A DNA stretch of 64,000 bases from the human T2T-CHM13v2.0 reference genome, Homo sapiens. Of this stretch, positions 25,621 to 40,318 are shown piece after piece. Position numbers and translations under genes: made by a program. The stretch is taken from assembly GCF_009914755.1 (NCBI RefSeq), contig NC_060939.1. The stretch is one strand, 5' to 3'. The notes under the pieces were generated by a model. The model saw only the letters and a list, made by a program, of their open reading frames with translations. It did no database searches and was not told the origin of the DNA. Every line of letters starts with the position of its first letter. Position 1 is the stretch's first letter.

Positions 25621-28600
25621 ACTGATTTTATCTTAACATAATGCTCTTTACATTTGGCCCACCAAATAAGATCATCTTTTGGAACCATTTTTTACTGCCA
25701 GTGAGAACCATTTGGTCAGAATGATCCACACTCTCATCTAGTTGCTTTTAACTTCACTTATGAGAGAGCTGACTAGGGATAGGGGTAAACTGAGGGTGAC
25801 AAAAGACTATTTTCCTGTGTTCTAAGTCTGCTGGGCTATATTAAATCTGATCTTTTGGTCTCATCAGGACAATCCTTTAACCAGGAAAGGTGGGGGCCTG
25901 GGAAGACTACAGCTTGCTAGAGCAAGTCATCCTTGACATGTTGAACTTTCAACAAGTTTATCACTCAGATATATTTGGGGGATAGGGAATCTGAGAAAAC
26001 CCTAGATTAAAAGTATTTTATCAGCGCAAAACAGTGATTATTCTAAGACAATTATATGACAGCATAAAAGTATTGATATTTAAATATCTCAATACCCCAA
26101 TGGCACCCGAACGAAAACCCTGCAACCAGTACAATAATAGCATTATTATACATTTTTGCTTCACTTTGTGGGACTTTAAATTTAATGCCAGAACCAACAG
26201 CTTACAAACTGCTGTGGACAAGCAGTGACCCCCTTGTGAGCTCGGTAAATGTTATCTATTGTATTCTACCAATATCTCAGCAAAAAGACAGAGTGTTCCT
26301 GAAACAGTCTCTAAAGTCGTCCATCAGAGCTTTGAAGAAGAACACTGTCTTCTTTTCATGTGGGCTGATTTTAAGGGACAATAGAGGTTTAACAGAGGAC
26401 AACACAATTGGATTGAGATAAAACTGCTATATTCCCAAGAATTCTCCCATAAAGGTAAATTCCACAGATAAGACATTTACTTTTTTCTTTTTACATTTTT
26501 TGGTTTTAATTTTTAAAGTTGCTTTTTCTTGCAACTAGAAGCTCAAGTACCATTGCTATTCAGTGTTGGTTTCAGATAGTGCTAGAGGTGGCAAAAATAA
26601 TTCTGCAAATGCGACTCACAGTGTGCACATTATATGTAATCTGTTTTCATGTATTCATTAGCAGAGACATTTGGAATACCTTGTTGCTGAATAATGAAAT
26701 AAATTGCATTTGTCCAATATCGTCCCATCTATATCACATTTATTCCAGACTTGAGCCTACACCAATGTTATTCAACAGCCAACTCTGTCTCATTCATAAT
26801 GGATTTTTCTCCAAATGGATCTGTTTCATGTTAAAATTAGTGATAAAGTTAGTTTTTAATGGAATAGGCAGCAGGCAACAGCAGCTTCCGAAAGTATAAC
26901 CTAATGGGGATAACTTAATTATTAGCCATATCACCCTCAGAGAACCAGGATTATATTAAAACTCAATTTGGTACAAACATATATAGATACCACCCCTGTT
27001 TTTTCTTTAAATTAGCTAATTATGATGTGGCCTGAATTGATAAAGTCAACACATCCTCTCAAAGAACCACTTAAACACTTAAGGAAAATGAATAGTCCTT
27101 GGATGCAAGGCCAGGTATTTGACGGATTTATGAATGTCACTCACCTCCTGGCTTGAACAGAAGTGAATTCTGATACAAGTTTCTTGCCCACCTACACTCT
27201 TGATGCTGGTAAACTGTTAATTAAGCATTTCGGTAATATAATGCAAAGTTAATAACAGAGACCTATAATTAACATACACTCATATGTGCACTCTAAAAAT
27301 AGGGTATCAAGGAAAGTCTTCCTATTAGGTGATGTGATCAAGATTAATTGGTTAATGTCTATATAGCCCACCTATACATAAATAAGCTTATGATTATTAT
27401 AATTATGGAGAGCAGAGTTCAAAATCCACTTCAAGTTCAAAGAATAGTATTTTATACATCTAAGTATAGACGCAAATATTTAACTCTGTAAAAATACTTA
27501 TTTTAATGCTATTCCAAATGTTTAATAAGTATTACTCATCACTCAAGTTTTCCTTTTTCTTAGTAAAAAATCATAGATGTTTCAAAAAATAATTCCCTTT
27601 TGCCGTTAATAACATTTTAATGTTATTTTAATTTTTTTTGAAAACTTGGTCATAGGCAGGGAAGAGGGAAAGTTTGGTGTTAATGCAGAAACTGCCTTGT
27701 TAATTAATCACAGTGCATACTGGTGGATGGATAAGCAGAAGGTGATTTAAATTTACTGAAAGCTAGGTTTATATGAAAAATAGAGCAATAAAGTTGGCTT
27801 CCCAATAAAGTTGGGTTCCTAGCCTCCAAGTCTTACACATTACTTGAGGTTGGGGAGATGACTAGATGAATACATGGTAGCAACTTATAAAGATCATAAT
27901 AACAGAATATACCAAACCAGATTTCTTTTAGGGAATTCGGGAAGATTATTTGTCATTTGATTTGGGCCACAGAGAATGAATATCGCACTTCCCTAGGCAG
28001 TGAAAGTTGCGATGGGAGTGAAGAAAAGCCAAGGAGAGGTCCCAGCATGAACATGCGTGATGTGTTCAAAGAGAGGCTCACTGTGTCTCAAGGGCAGGGT
28101 AGAGTGGAGCAAATGGCTCAATATAAGGATGGAAAGTGGGTAGCCAGGTTGGCGGGACCTAATCCTAAAGGGCCTTGAATACTCTGTTAAGGAGTTTGGA
28201 CTTATTTTCTAGGTGACTTAAGCCTTCAGAACAGAAAGGAGTCTGTTTAGATTACGTGTGAGAGCTCATCTGTCCAATGTTCAACCACACAATCTCAATA
28301 ATGATAAAGATACTAACAAAGATGAACTAGCCAAAACCATTAATCTGCTTCCATAACGAGCTAGCCTATGAGTTTTTAAAATATGTTTCTAGCCATTAAT
28401 AACCAGGGAATTTCACATTAAAGTTCAGATTTATAGATTCTCTTAAAAAAAAAAAAAAGACCTGGTGATGACAGACCAGTTATTCCAAACGGCGACAGAG
28501 CCAAGGGAGGTGCTCCCTTTCCAAAGCATATGTGCCGTCCAGCGGTCCAAGTGCCTCCTCTACCTGCCACACTCACACCACCTGCCTAGGGGCACTAAAT

Positions 28601-28626
28601 GTTTGGGTTTGCACCTTTTCTTTTAG

Positions 28627-29004
<378 letters not shown>

Positions 29005-29219
29005 TGAGTTCATACATACTGATTATCTCCGGCTTCTTTTGGTAATGCATTACTTTCCCTTTTTTTCTTTCTCATGCCAATAAAGTTTTCCATTTATTCC
29101 TTTACTTAAAATTGAAGTTATACGGTGTTAAATAAAATGTGTTTGGGTTGAAAATGAAAATGAAGATGTCATATGTAAGGGGCCTATGATGAACAGAAGG
29201 TAGAAAGCATGCTCTGTGG

Positions 29220-29380
29220 CAGGGTTTCTCAGCCTTGGCACTACTGACATTTTGTGTGAGATAATTCTTTGTTGTGGCTAGATGCTAATAGCACTCTCGA
29301 ATTGTATTAATCAAAAAATCTCTCTAGACACTGATAAATGTTCCCTGGGGGTCAAAAGTGCCCCCAGTTGAGAACCACTG
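29220..29380. mobile_element. MER20-like hAT-Charlie MITE
   Basis: cagggtttctcagccttggcactactgacatttt ... cccccagttgagaaccactg, with inverted termini. Confidence 0.75.
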
Positions 29381-30433
29381 TTTTATGGAGAGAATGGTTT
29401 CCAGGAAAATAAGCTCTGGATAGGACAGTGGTGCTCTGCTGGAAAATGGATAGGACAATGCTTATGTCTCCTGCTGTTACCTCTGCCCCTGTGCACCTTT
29501 CTGTTCTGCCAGAGACAAGGGTTGCCCCACCCACAGAAAGGTGGAACAGCCAGGCATCCTGAGGGTAGTGATGCCAAAAGAAGCCCAAAGTCCTCTCCTA
29601 CCTGGGAGAAACTTCAGCACCTCCATGAGGCAGCATGGCAGTGAAGGCTTTCTCTGCTCTCTACTGCTGATGTAGTTAAGGGAAACAAGAAAGAAATTTG
29701 CATGATCTATTCTCAAGACCCAAACCTCCCTGTTTGCATACCCCGGCTCAGTGTGGTGTCAGAATGATTCTAAGGAAGGAAGAAGCCCCTTTTCTCTGAC
29801 AAGGCACTGGGGAAGTCTAGTCGAGATCTCACTGGGGAAAGCAGGACTTGCTGCTGCTATGGGAGGCAGGAAGCAGGCCAGGCACAGATCCTGGAACACA
29901 TCAGACCAAAGTCCAGGACCTCCTCTCCTTTGGCTCGAAGGGCCTTGACCCAGAGCTCACTCACCTGAGAGCTTCTTTCACTTTTCTTGTAATATACATT
30001 TATCTTGAATCTAAGCACTGTTGTTGTATTATCAAACTGTCAGGATGGTTTTATATGTTTTCCTAGTACAAGTAAAAAAGATTAGTTGCTTTGCAAGGAC
30101 GGAACAGGGAGTTGTTGATGACAAAGTGAAGTAGGTAAAAGTTGACTGAATAGTTTTGATATTTTTCATATGGATTTCAGTTTAGATGGTTTTGCGCTAA
30201 AAAAAAAAAAAAAAAACTCAATATTATGGCATTTCCTGGAGTTTAAAATACGCTGACAATACAATTTACAAAAGGCCTTTTTGTGGTTAGTGTCTTTTCA
30301 CACCTCTATCTTCTGGCATTTAGAATCTAATCATTTCTTTGTGGTAAGAGGTATTATATATAGAAAATTGGTTGAATTAAATTAATCAACGAAAGTGCCT
30401 TGTTCATTTTGCACTCCTTCTCAAAAGAAACCA

Positions 30434-30697
30434 CTGAGGTGGGAGGACTGCTTGAACCTAAGAGTTCGAGACTAGCCTAGGCCACATGGAGAGACTCCAT
30501 CTCTTTAAAAAATTAAAAAAAAAAAAAAAAAAAAAGCCATGTGTGGTGTCACATGCCTGTAGCCCCAGCTACTGGCGAGGCTGAGGCAGAAGGATCACTT
30601 GAGCCTAGGAGTTCCAGGTTACAGTGAGCTATGATGGCAACACTGCACTCCAGCCTGTGAGACCCTGTCTCTTTAAAAAGAAAAAGAAAAGAAAAAA
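30434..30697 (+). mobile_element. Alu (AluJ-like, 5' truncated)
   Basis: gaggtgggaggactgcttgaacc..., expanded middle A-run, gcactccagcctg. Confidence 0.88.
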
Positions 30698-31565
30698 CCC
30701 AAAGGATTCATTTTTACAAAATTCAAGTCTTCTGAATGATGCTTAGTAAATATGTAGTAGATGCTCAATACAGGCTAGCTAATGACAACAGTGATTTTGG
30801 TCCTCACCATAAAGGGGCGGAAGGGTGGTGGTTAAAAGGGGGAAACAGGGCAACAGCAAAGAAAAATGACAATTAGTCTCCTCATTCAGTAAATAATGAG
30901 TAAATGAAATAGCAGTCACTCCCTTACAGTAACGACAGCTCAAAAGGGTGAATGGCTTGAACAGGGGAGGATGAACAATACAAGGGTAAAAGAGGGATGC
31001 AGACAAGGAAGGTTTTGAGTAAGTTAAACCTACTGGCGACAAAGAACGTACAGAGAGCAGGGCCAAGCAGCTGAAGCATTCTTTTATTCACAAATCAATG
31101 GAAGCTATTCAAGCCAATATGGTTTGATTTAGCAGATATTAACTGCAGCTAAAGTGATGCAAATACGTCAGCAAAAGGAGAGCAAGATAAACATGAGAAA
31201 CCCACACTCGTTAAAAAGGAAGATGAGAACAGAGACTGACATTTAAAGATCAGATTAAAAGGATAGGAAAAACGAGAGAAAAGTAAGACAATGTGAGCGT
31301 GAGATCCTTCGACAGAAGGGAGGTGAAGGGGACAGATCCAACAATCCCCCTGCTTATTTGACTCCGAGACAAGAGAGAAGATAGCCGATCACGGGCCGTC
31401 AGTAACACAAACACAGCCCGGGCACTTCATAAATATTTGTTGAGTAACTAAATGTGCATGAAAAATGCCTTCCTTTCTGGATGTGAAGATAAACTGAGAT
31501 TTTATATGGTACCGTATTAACAAGTTTTTGTCTTCAGGAGAATGCTTAAAACCGTGGACAGTATT

Positions 31566-31902
31566 ATTTTTGTTTTGTGTGGGTGTATGTGTTTGTTTTT
31601 CAGACGAGGTCTTGCTCTGTCACCCAGGCTGGAGGGTAGTGGTATGATCACAGCTCACTGCAGACTTGACTTCCCCAGCCTCGGGTTATCCTCCTACCTC
31701 AGTCTCCTGAGTAGCTGGGACTATAATGCGTGCCACCATACCCAGTTTATTATTATTATTATCATCATTATTTTGTGTTTTTTGTAGAGACAGTGTTTCA
31801 CCATGTTGCCCATGATGGTCTTGAACTCCTGGGCTTAGGAAATCTGCCCACCTTGGCCTCCCAAAGTGCTGCGATTACAGGTGTGAGCTACTGCGCCTGG
31901 CC
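31566..31902 (-). mobile_element. Alu (AluJ-like)
   Basis: Antisense Alu; TSD-like cc(g/a)tggacagt on both flanks. Confidence 0.9.
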
Positions 31903-34900
31903 CATGGACAGTTTTAATGATGATTTTAAAACAGCTATTCATTTGGATAAATTTCCATGAGCCTCATCTTGTACCCCTGACACAGGTGCCGTCATAGATT
32001 CAATTAGAGGGTCACGGTACAGTAGTTGGAGCACTAGACTGAGAGTCAAGAGACTAAGGTTCCAAAATTGGCTTTGCTGCTAAGTGTGTGATGCTGGGCA
32101 GCCACTTAACCTTTCCGAGTTTCTGTTTTCTCTGGGGTAACAGGAGTGGCTTGGACCAGGTAACTCTCAGGCCTCTCTCATGATCCTACATGTGCAATAA
32201 AGTACATTACCATATTAATCGGCTATTTTGCCCTGTCTGTATCCTGCCTTGTATGCCCAGTGTTGAATGGCAGATAAAAGTTCTTTTTTTTTCTCTCCTC
32301 ATTTTGCCTGCTAGTGGCTTGTCAACAGTAGTTTCTATAATCAATTCTGGAAATGTTTACCCATCTGTATTATCTGAAGGCTGTTATTTACTGTTCTTGC
32401 TATTTTTTTTTTCCCGGGGAGTGTAGTAATTTCGATGTGCCTCCCACAGGAGACCACAGCAAACAACAAGGATACATTTTCACAATACTCAGCATGAAGG
32501 GACACTGTTTTGCTGATGTCCCTGACACAGTTTGAATTCATCGTAATGGTATATTTGAAGTGGTTTCCTGTGTTTTTGTGTGTGTGTGTGTGCCTGTAAA
32601 GACTAAATTAAAGCTCCAGTGCATATGAGTCCTACTGTGTGCTGTTACTCTTAACTAGAATTAGTTTTTTCTCTTTTCTGTGAAAACACAAATAATTGTG
32701 CAGGCCAATTAAACCTTTTGATAGAAATGAATAGCCTAGTTTTTAAAAGAGTTAAAGAGGCCTAAGACATCACTTACAGCACTTTTTGGTATCATAATAT
32801 TACATCTGAGCTCTCTGTGGCAGTCTTAGATGAAGCATGAACTATGGAAAGATCATGAAGAGGCATGAGGGGTCCCTGATTTTAGTCCCTGCCACTAACT
32901 TATCCTGGCATGGTGTTTAATCTCCCAACCACCCGATTATAAAGTTAGCAGATTGCACTAGATGACTGCTAAGGTCTCTTGCAGGTCTAATAGTCTATAA
33001 AATGCCCAGCTAGCTATGGGACTGTTGTATTTAGCTATGTCACCTTCTACGATGAAAATTTTCTTTCCTGCTGGGAAGTTATCAAAATTCACTTTTTAGA
33101 ATGTTAGGCCAACACATAAATTGACCTCACTGCATTTCTGTTACCTCATTAAAAAAGTAATAATCCATGAAAAAGTACAAGATGTCAGGGTGATTTATGT
33201 AAACAGAATAATACCTTACCTTAAACACACCAGAACGTACTGCAGAGCACATAGGAGTAGCTCATGAATCCCAGCACTCCCAGATGAGGACAGGGAGGCC
33301 TGATATCTAAATTCCATGCATGAGATTCCATAAGTCTATGGAAAAAATACTAGGTATACCCTCATCCATTGCTCACTAGCCATGCTTTGAATTTGGGAGC
33401 CTTACAATTACATAGCAAAGTTGAGTAGCTTTAAATGTAGAAAGCAGGTCAGTGAGTGGCTTTAATGTGGATTCATCTGTTGGAGAAGATGTGGTCCTGC
33501 ATTTCACATGGCCAGCAAAGGGCAAAGAGGGGACAATCACTGAGAAATGTGTATGTTGGGGGAAAGAACCCCATAAGAAACCTACCAGAAAATGGGCATC
33601 ATCCCTCATATTTGCAAAGCCTTTCACAACTTTACTAAACACTTGAATGCTCTGGGCATAGTGAACCATAAGAAACAGAGGGGTTATAACCCACAGGGTT
33701 TAATAAATGCATGGCTATTATAGACAACTGGATCATCCGGCTTTTACCATTGGTAGCAAGAAAAAAAAAAGAGGGGCTTTTTAGTCATACTCCCTCCTAC
33801 CATTTAAAAACAAATCTATACATAATATAGATAACAAAACTATATTTAGGAAGAAGCGCTTATTGATGGGCCAACCACCTGAAATGTATTACCTCATTTA
33901 ACAACCTCAAAATAATCCAATGTGGTTGATGCTGTTTTCATCCTGGGTAGGAGATGAGAGCTGAGTGAGTTAAGCCACTGGTCCTGTGGCAAGGAAGTCA
34001 GATCACCACTATTCTGGATCAATTTGTCAAGTTTCAAGTGTTTACCTTGAATACAAAAACAACCTGAGAGGCAGCTGGCAACGAATACTTCTTCACAGTT
34101 TGGGCATGAGTCCTGACTAACATGTACTAAATTACCAAGCATATCTTTAAATAAACGTGTACCACAGCAACTCTAATTCAAACAACAATCTTTAATGTAA
34201 TAATTACACTGGCTGTGACACGAGCTCAGCCGAGAGTGTATTTTTATTTTAACAAGGCTGAGTAAGTACATGAGTGTGGGCTGAGCTTTTTGCTCGATAG
34301 TCAATACTTGAAAGCTGGCTCCAACCTTTAATTTAAGCATTCGCTTGTAGCACCAACAGGGCTACAGGGTTTCTAGTATCAAAGACACAATCCTCCGTCC
34401 TTTCATGGCCCTACTTCTGTAAGCAGCATGATTGAACCGCGGCACCACAGAAACTTGTTTTCCCTCCTTCTGGCAGCGTTAAGCCAAAACACTACTGCCC
34501 CATTCATCTTAGCGACATCATAATGAAGTCCCTGAATCAATTTATATCAAGCAAAGTGCAGAAATCCATTGAAGACTCGTGGCGGATGCCTTTCATACAT
34601 CTCTCAACACCATACAAGAGGCAGAGCGGCCGCACAGAAACCCAAATCATAACACAGAAGAGACCTTTGCCGCATCCAAAAAGCTTTTTTATCTCTTGAA
34701 ATAATTAAGGGAAAGGAAGATACTGAGAATATCTGATTGTTTCTCGTGTTTCTTCATGTGCCTTAAAAATATCTGGCAGCCTCCCTCCGTGGCCTCCCGG
34801 CACCTTCAGTAGAAAGAACAACTCCCGTAGAATGAGGGTGAGAGCCTGTCATAGTTCAGACCCCACCGGTCTCCTCTACATGCCTTGTCTCCTGCAGTCC

Positions 34901-35859
34901 CCGACTTGCCTTGCTCACTGTCTAGCTTTCAAGGATTTTCACAAACTACCATTTGTTGGCAATAACCTTCCTTTGCTTCAAAGCTCAGCTAAGCCTTCAC
35001 TTCTTCCAAAAAGCTGTTCCTAACCCCTCAGTCTGATTTGTGCTCCTCCTCTGTGCTCCTATCGTCTCCTGCATTCCTCTGCTCTAGCATTTACACTATG
35101 TCATGATTTTATTTCCACCTTGGGCCCTCCCTGGCCTGTGAGCTCCTTGAAGGCAGGGACCACTTCTTTTCATCTTTCTGGTTCCAGCACTTTTTATAGT
35201 GCCTGGCACACATCAGATGCTCAATCCATTTCTATGTGTATTTTGTCTACTTCCATTCTACTGCAGTGTTCAGAAAAAGCCCCTAACCTCAATTTGCATG
35301 ATGACCTAATCTCGGAATCTGGAACAATGTGAGTTTCTGAGACTCCGGTGGTGCTGGGGCTGTTGGGTCAGAACAGAGCAGGGTTAGCCCAGCCCTGCGA
35401 GTCTGGCAGACTCAGCCCCCAATTGGAGCTATGTGCTAGCCCTGTGATCCTAGACAGGTTGCTCTGCGTCTCTGAGTCTCCGCTTCCTCCTCTGTAAAAA
35501 GGAGGATGAAAGGCTAATGTAAGTATTAAATGTGGTAATCCATTTCATGGTGCTTGGCACACAGGAAGCGCTTTATAAATGATAGGCTTAGAACATATAT
35601 TACTGGTTACAAATAGCAGGGCTTGGAAAATGCAGAATTAGAAGCCTCTTATGTTATATGATGAGAAATTTCATGCAAGTTCTTCTTCCATCAGCCCCCA
35701 TCTGACCAGACCACATAACTCATATGCTTGGGCACTGGCAAAGGCCCCTGTTAAAATGCAATGTGTACCGGCTAAGGCTGGATGAACTCATTACCCTAAC
35801 TTCAAACTTGAATACGTGATGTGTACCATTTACCACGTGTACAAGAGGATGAGAGGATG

Positions 35860-36095
35860 GGGATGTTAATAACAACACTTCTTCAGTGCCTGCCATATGC
35901 TAAGTGCTTGTCACATGTGAGACATTGCATTAAGTACCTTCCATGTGTTACTTCCTTCTTCCCAAAAATCCCTATGAGGTAGATGTTATTATCATCTTTA
36001 TTTGATAGATGATAAAACTGAGGTTTAGTGAGGTTACATGACTTGCCCAAGATCCATCAGCTAATACGTGGCATTTCTGGGACTTAAGCCTTATA
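35860..36095 (-). mobile_element. MIR SINE
   Basis: ccctatgaggtagatgttattatcatc...gataaaactgaggtttagtgaggttacatgacttgcccaag. Confidence 0.75.
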
Positions 36096-38601
36096 TTTGG
36101 AAAAATTTCCAGATCCATGCTTGCTCTTATGCCTATGCCAACTTTCTGAGAGTCTTTCTTATTTCTGTATCTTGTGTCACCCGGAAGAGCCAGGAGAGAA
36201 CGGGACAGAAGATCAAACTACTGAGTCAGGGGCAGGAGAAGAAGAGGAGGTCTGGAGATTGTACTACTCGATTTTTTATGTGGTGATTAGGCAACTCTGC
36301 CTTCAGCTAAACCAGAAGGCCACCGAGAGCCCTAAGAGAGGAGATGATAAAGTTTGAAAACATAGCTCCGTTTGTCTAATGCCAGCCTTAACCTAGGGCC
36401 AGAACCTTCAGCAAAGAGCTAGAATGTACACAGACAGTATTAAGTCTTAGAAGACCTTCCTATTCCTATAGCAACGTCACCACATCGTCTGATTCACTTT
36501 TTCCTTCCCATTTGACTAGCAGGTCATTCAAAAGCCAATGGCTATAAAGCAAGAAAACAATCCTGTAAAGGCTGATACTTGGCCTTCATGATACGGAGAT
36601 ACAGCTTTGTACGTGTACTTGAAGTATAAATGCCTTCAGTTTCCCTACTGTAAGGTCATAGGTCCAGTTTACCTCTGTGAAGTGGTGGTACAAAGGAACT
36701 GAGAATAAACAAAATGTTTAGTAAATGACAGAGTGGAAAATTCCAAAGTCGAGTCTAGAGAATATTTTCAGTACTGAGAGTATATGATTTACAAAAAAAA
36801 AATTACTGGAATCCTCCTGCCCTTTGGTAAGCTTTTTATTGAAGTGCAACATGCAAAGAGAAACAGACACAAATGATAAATGTAAGCTTTATGAATTTTC
36901 ACAGGCAATACTCCCAGATCAAGAAAAAAAAATGTCCCTTTGGTTTTTTAAAATAGTTTTCCATGCCTGGGTCAAAATCACCGAATAATGCAAAACTTAG
37001 CTTATAAAATTTATTGTTTAAAGTTCAGTTAGCCAGAAAATGCTAAAAGTTTAATAAAATACAATGCCTAAACATGAGCCATTTTATTTTACTTCAAAGA
37101 GAATAATTATCTTACACTTCTGTTTCCCAAATTGGAAAGTTAGAAGTTTTGTTTTCTTTTTAACCACGAATGGGCATGTAGTTATTTCTCTCACCCTTTA
37201 AACGGCCAGGGTTTCCTCAGCTGCACCTTCCCAACACCCTCTCCAAGAACAGAGCGTGGCTTGCCTTGCTTTCCTTCCTCTTCACTCCCATCCTTCCCCC
37301 ACATCACCACTGTGAGTTGTTCTGAAATGGGGCCATCTCATTCTCCTCAGCCCTCCTAATTTTGGGTAGATCCATAGAAGACAGGAGGTGCTTTTTCTCA
37401 TGGGCAGCGTGGCTGTGGGCCATTGCACAACCTCTGTTTATACAGTGAGTATGCTTCAGCCTATCCCTTTAACTGGCTAATAAAACTATGCTGGGAGCAA
37501 CGTATCCCAGTGTTCTGAGACTGATTTGGCTCTGGGGGCACCAACTTCTCTCTTAGTTATAACAGTCAGAAGCAAGACCCTGGAAATGCAGAATGTGCCA
37601 AAACACATTTGCTCCCACTCAATGGACAGCCTTTTGATAGGAAACCAAATGGAATGCAAGACCTGAATGCCCCCTATTTGATAATAACAAAGAGGCAGAT
37701 GGCCCAGCCACAAAGGGCAATGTGAATGTCTATATGTTAGATGCCAACAAAGTGATTATAAAATTAAGGACAAGTATTTGGGCATTGCTTTCTAACTGCA
37801 TGTTATTTTTCACAAGAAATTTCAGGGAAGGTTGGGCTTTCACATATTTAATTAGTGTAATGGAACTGATTCTGCCAAGTGTATCTGTTAGTCGAGGGCT
37901 TAGCCTCCTTGTCACACTCAGGTGCTGACAGCTATCTGGGCAGAACTCTTCCCCCTTGGAGAAGGTCTGAGGGGGAGTGAATGGTGTATGTGTTAAGGTG
38001 CCCATCACTTGCATGGTCGCAGGCCTGCAAGGGCTTTCCATCTCTACACACAGTGATAAAATTCTCCAAGGTGCCTACATTCATGACAAAAGTTTCACAT
38101 CTTTCAGGAGCTGGGATAGCTCTGGAAGTGGTACTAATTGTATAAAAGCTTTTTCCTCCACACCAGCCCAAAACAAAAAGAAAAACAGCCATCATTTACT
38201 AGTACTATTTTTGCTAATATAGGTTGCAGATGATTAAAGATAAACTGTAAAGCCTCTGTTAACCACAAATTTTATGCCCAGGTCTTTGCTATATTAATAA
38301 AAAAAACAAAAACAAAAATCTCTGAAAATAGAATATCACCAAAGATTCTGGTCTTCCACTGTTATGAAAGATGAAGACATTATAAAGAAAACGAGGATTA
38401 CAAAATTTGCTCTTGAATTCATGTTTGAAAGTGCTTTCTTTAATATAATTTATAGCTCATCTGATAAATCTGTCTGAATTTAAAGCCCCTTCTATTGTTA
38501 CCTTGTGCTTTGTCATACAATTTTCAGACTATGTCTCCTACAGTAAATTGTAGAGCAAGAGCTCTCAAACTTTTTGGTCTCTGTATACTTTTATGCTTCT
38601 A

Positions 38602-38949
<348 letters not shown>

Positions 38950-39929
38950 TCAGTCATTGCCATATTAGAAGTTAAAACTGGGAACATTTACACAATTTAC
39001 TTATAATTCAACTTAAAATAATAGTAATAAACACATTGCATATTAACATATAAAAATAAGTATATTTTATAAGACAAAAAGTTAGCATGAAGAATACCAT
39101 TATTTTACATTTTTGTGAATCTTTTTATATCTGGCTATTAAAAGAAGACAAGTAGATTCTCATAGCTGCTTCTGCATTCAATCTGTTGTGTTATGCTCTT
39201 ATGGTTGATGTATGTGAAGAAAATCTGGCCTCACAAAGATATGTAGCTAGAAAAAGGAGAGGTATTATAATAGCCTTTTCAGATAATTTTGGATATTCTT
39301 CTGTGGTACTACACTAAAACTCAACAAGTGGTAGTTTCTTAAAGATTAGTTAGAATATGGAACCTGAAGCCATATCACTGACTTTTTGTACTTTGTTAAA
39401 TTAAAATACACCGGTATATTTTGCACTTTGAGTGGATCATTTACCTACATATATTTTTATAATATCATCCATGGGTCACTTGGAAACTACTGGTTCACTG
39501 GGTTTTGTATATCTTCCAGATTTTGACACATTTCATTATTAGATGTGGTTATATCAAGGAATTATGTTGATTAATATCACTACCCATACCATCAGAAAAG
39601 TTTTTAAGTATTGGGAAGCTGTCAGATTCCTGGGGTTGGATACAAGTTTTCCAAAATTCAGATTTTTGCCTGAATGTATGGGCAGTAAATACTGTGAACT
39701 GTTTTTCAGGAGATAACAGACTCAAAGTTCATTTTTGAGAAAATATATGAAACATATCCACATCTGAATAATTATAGTCTGTTATTCTATTAAGTGGCAT
39801 TCCATTCAAAAAACAGCTAGTTCAGCTCTTAACTCAAACAATGACACAAGTACTTTTCCCTGGAGACAAACATGGTACTTAGTAGTATAAAGCAGAAGTG
39901 CTTTATGCAAACTTCCAATTTTGTCATAA

Positions 39930-40318
<389 letters not shown>

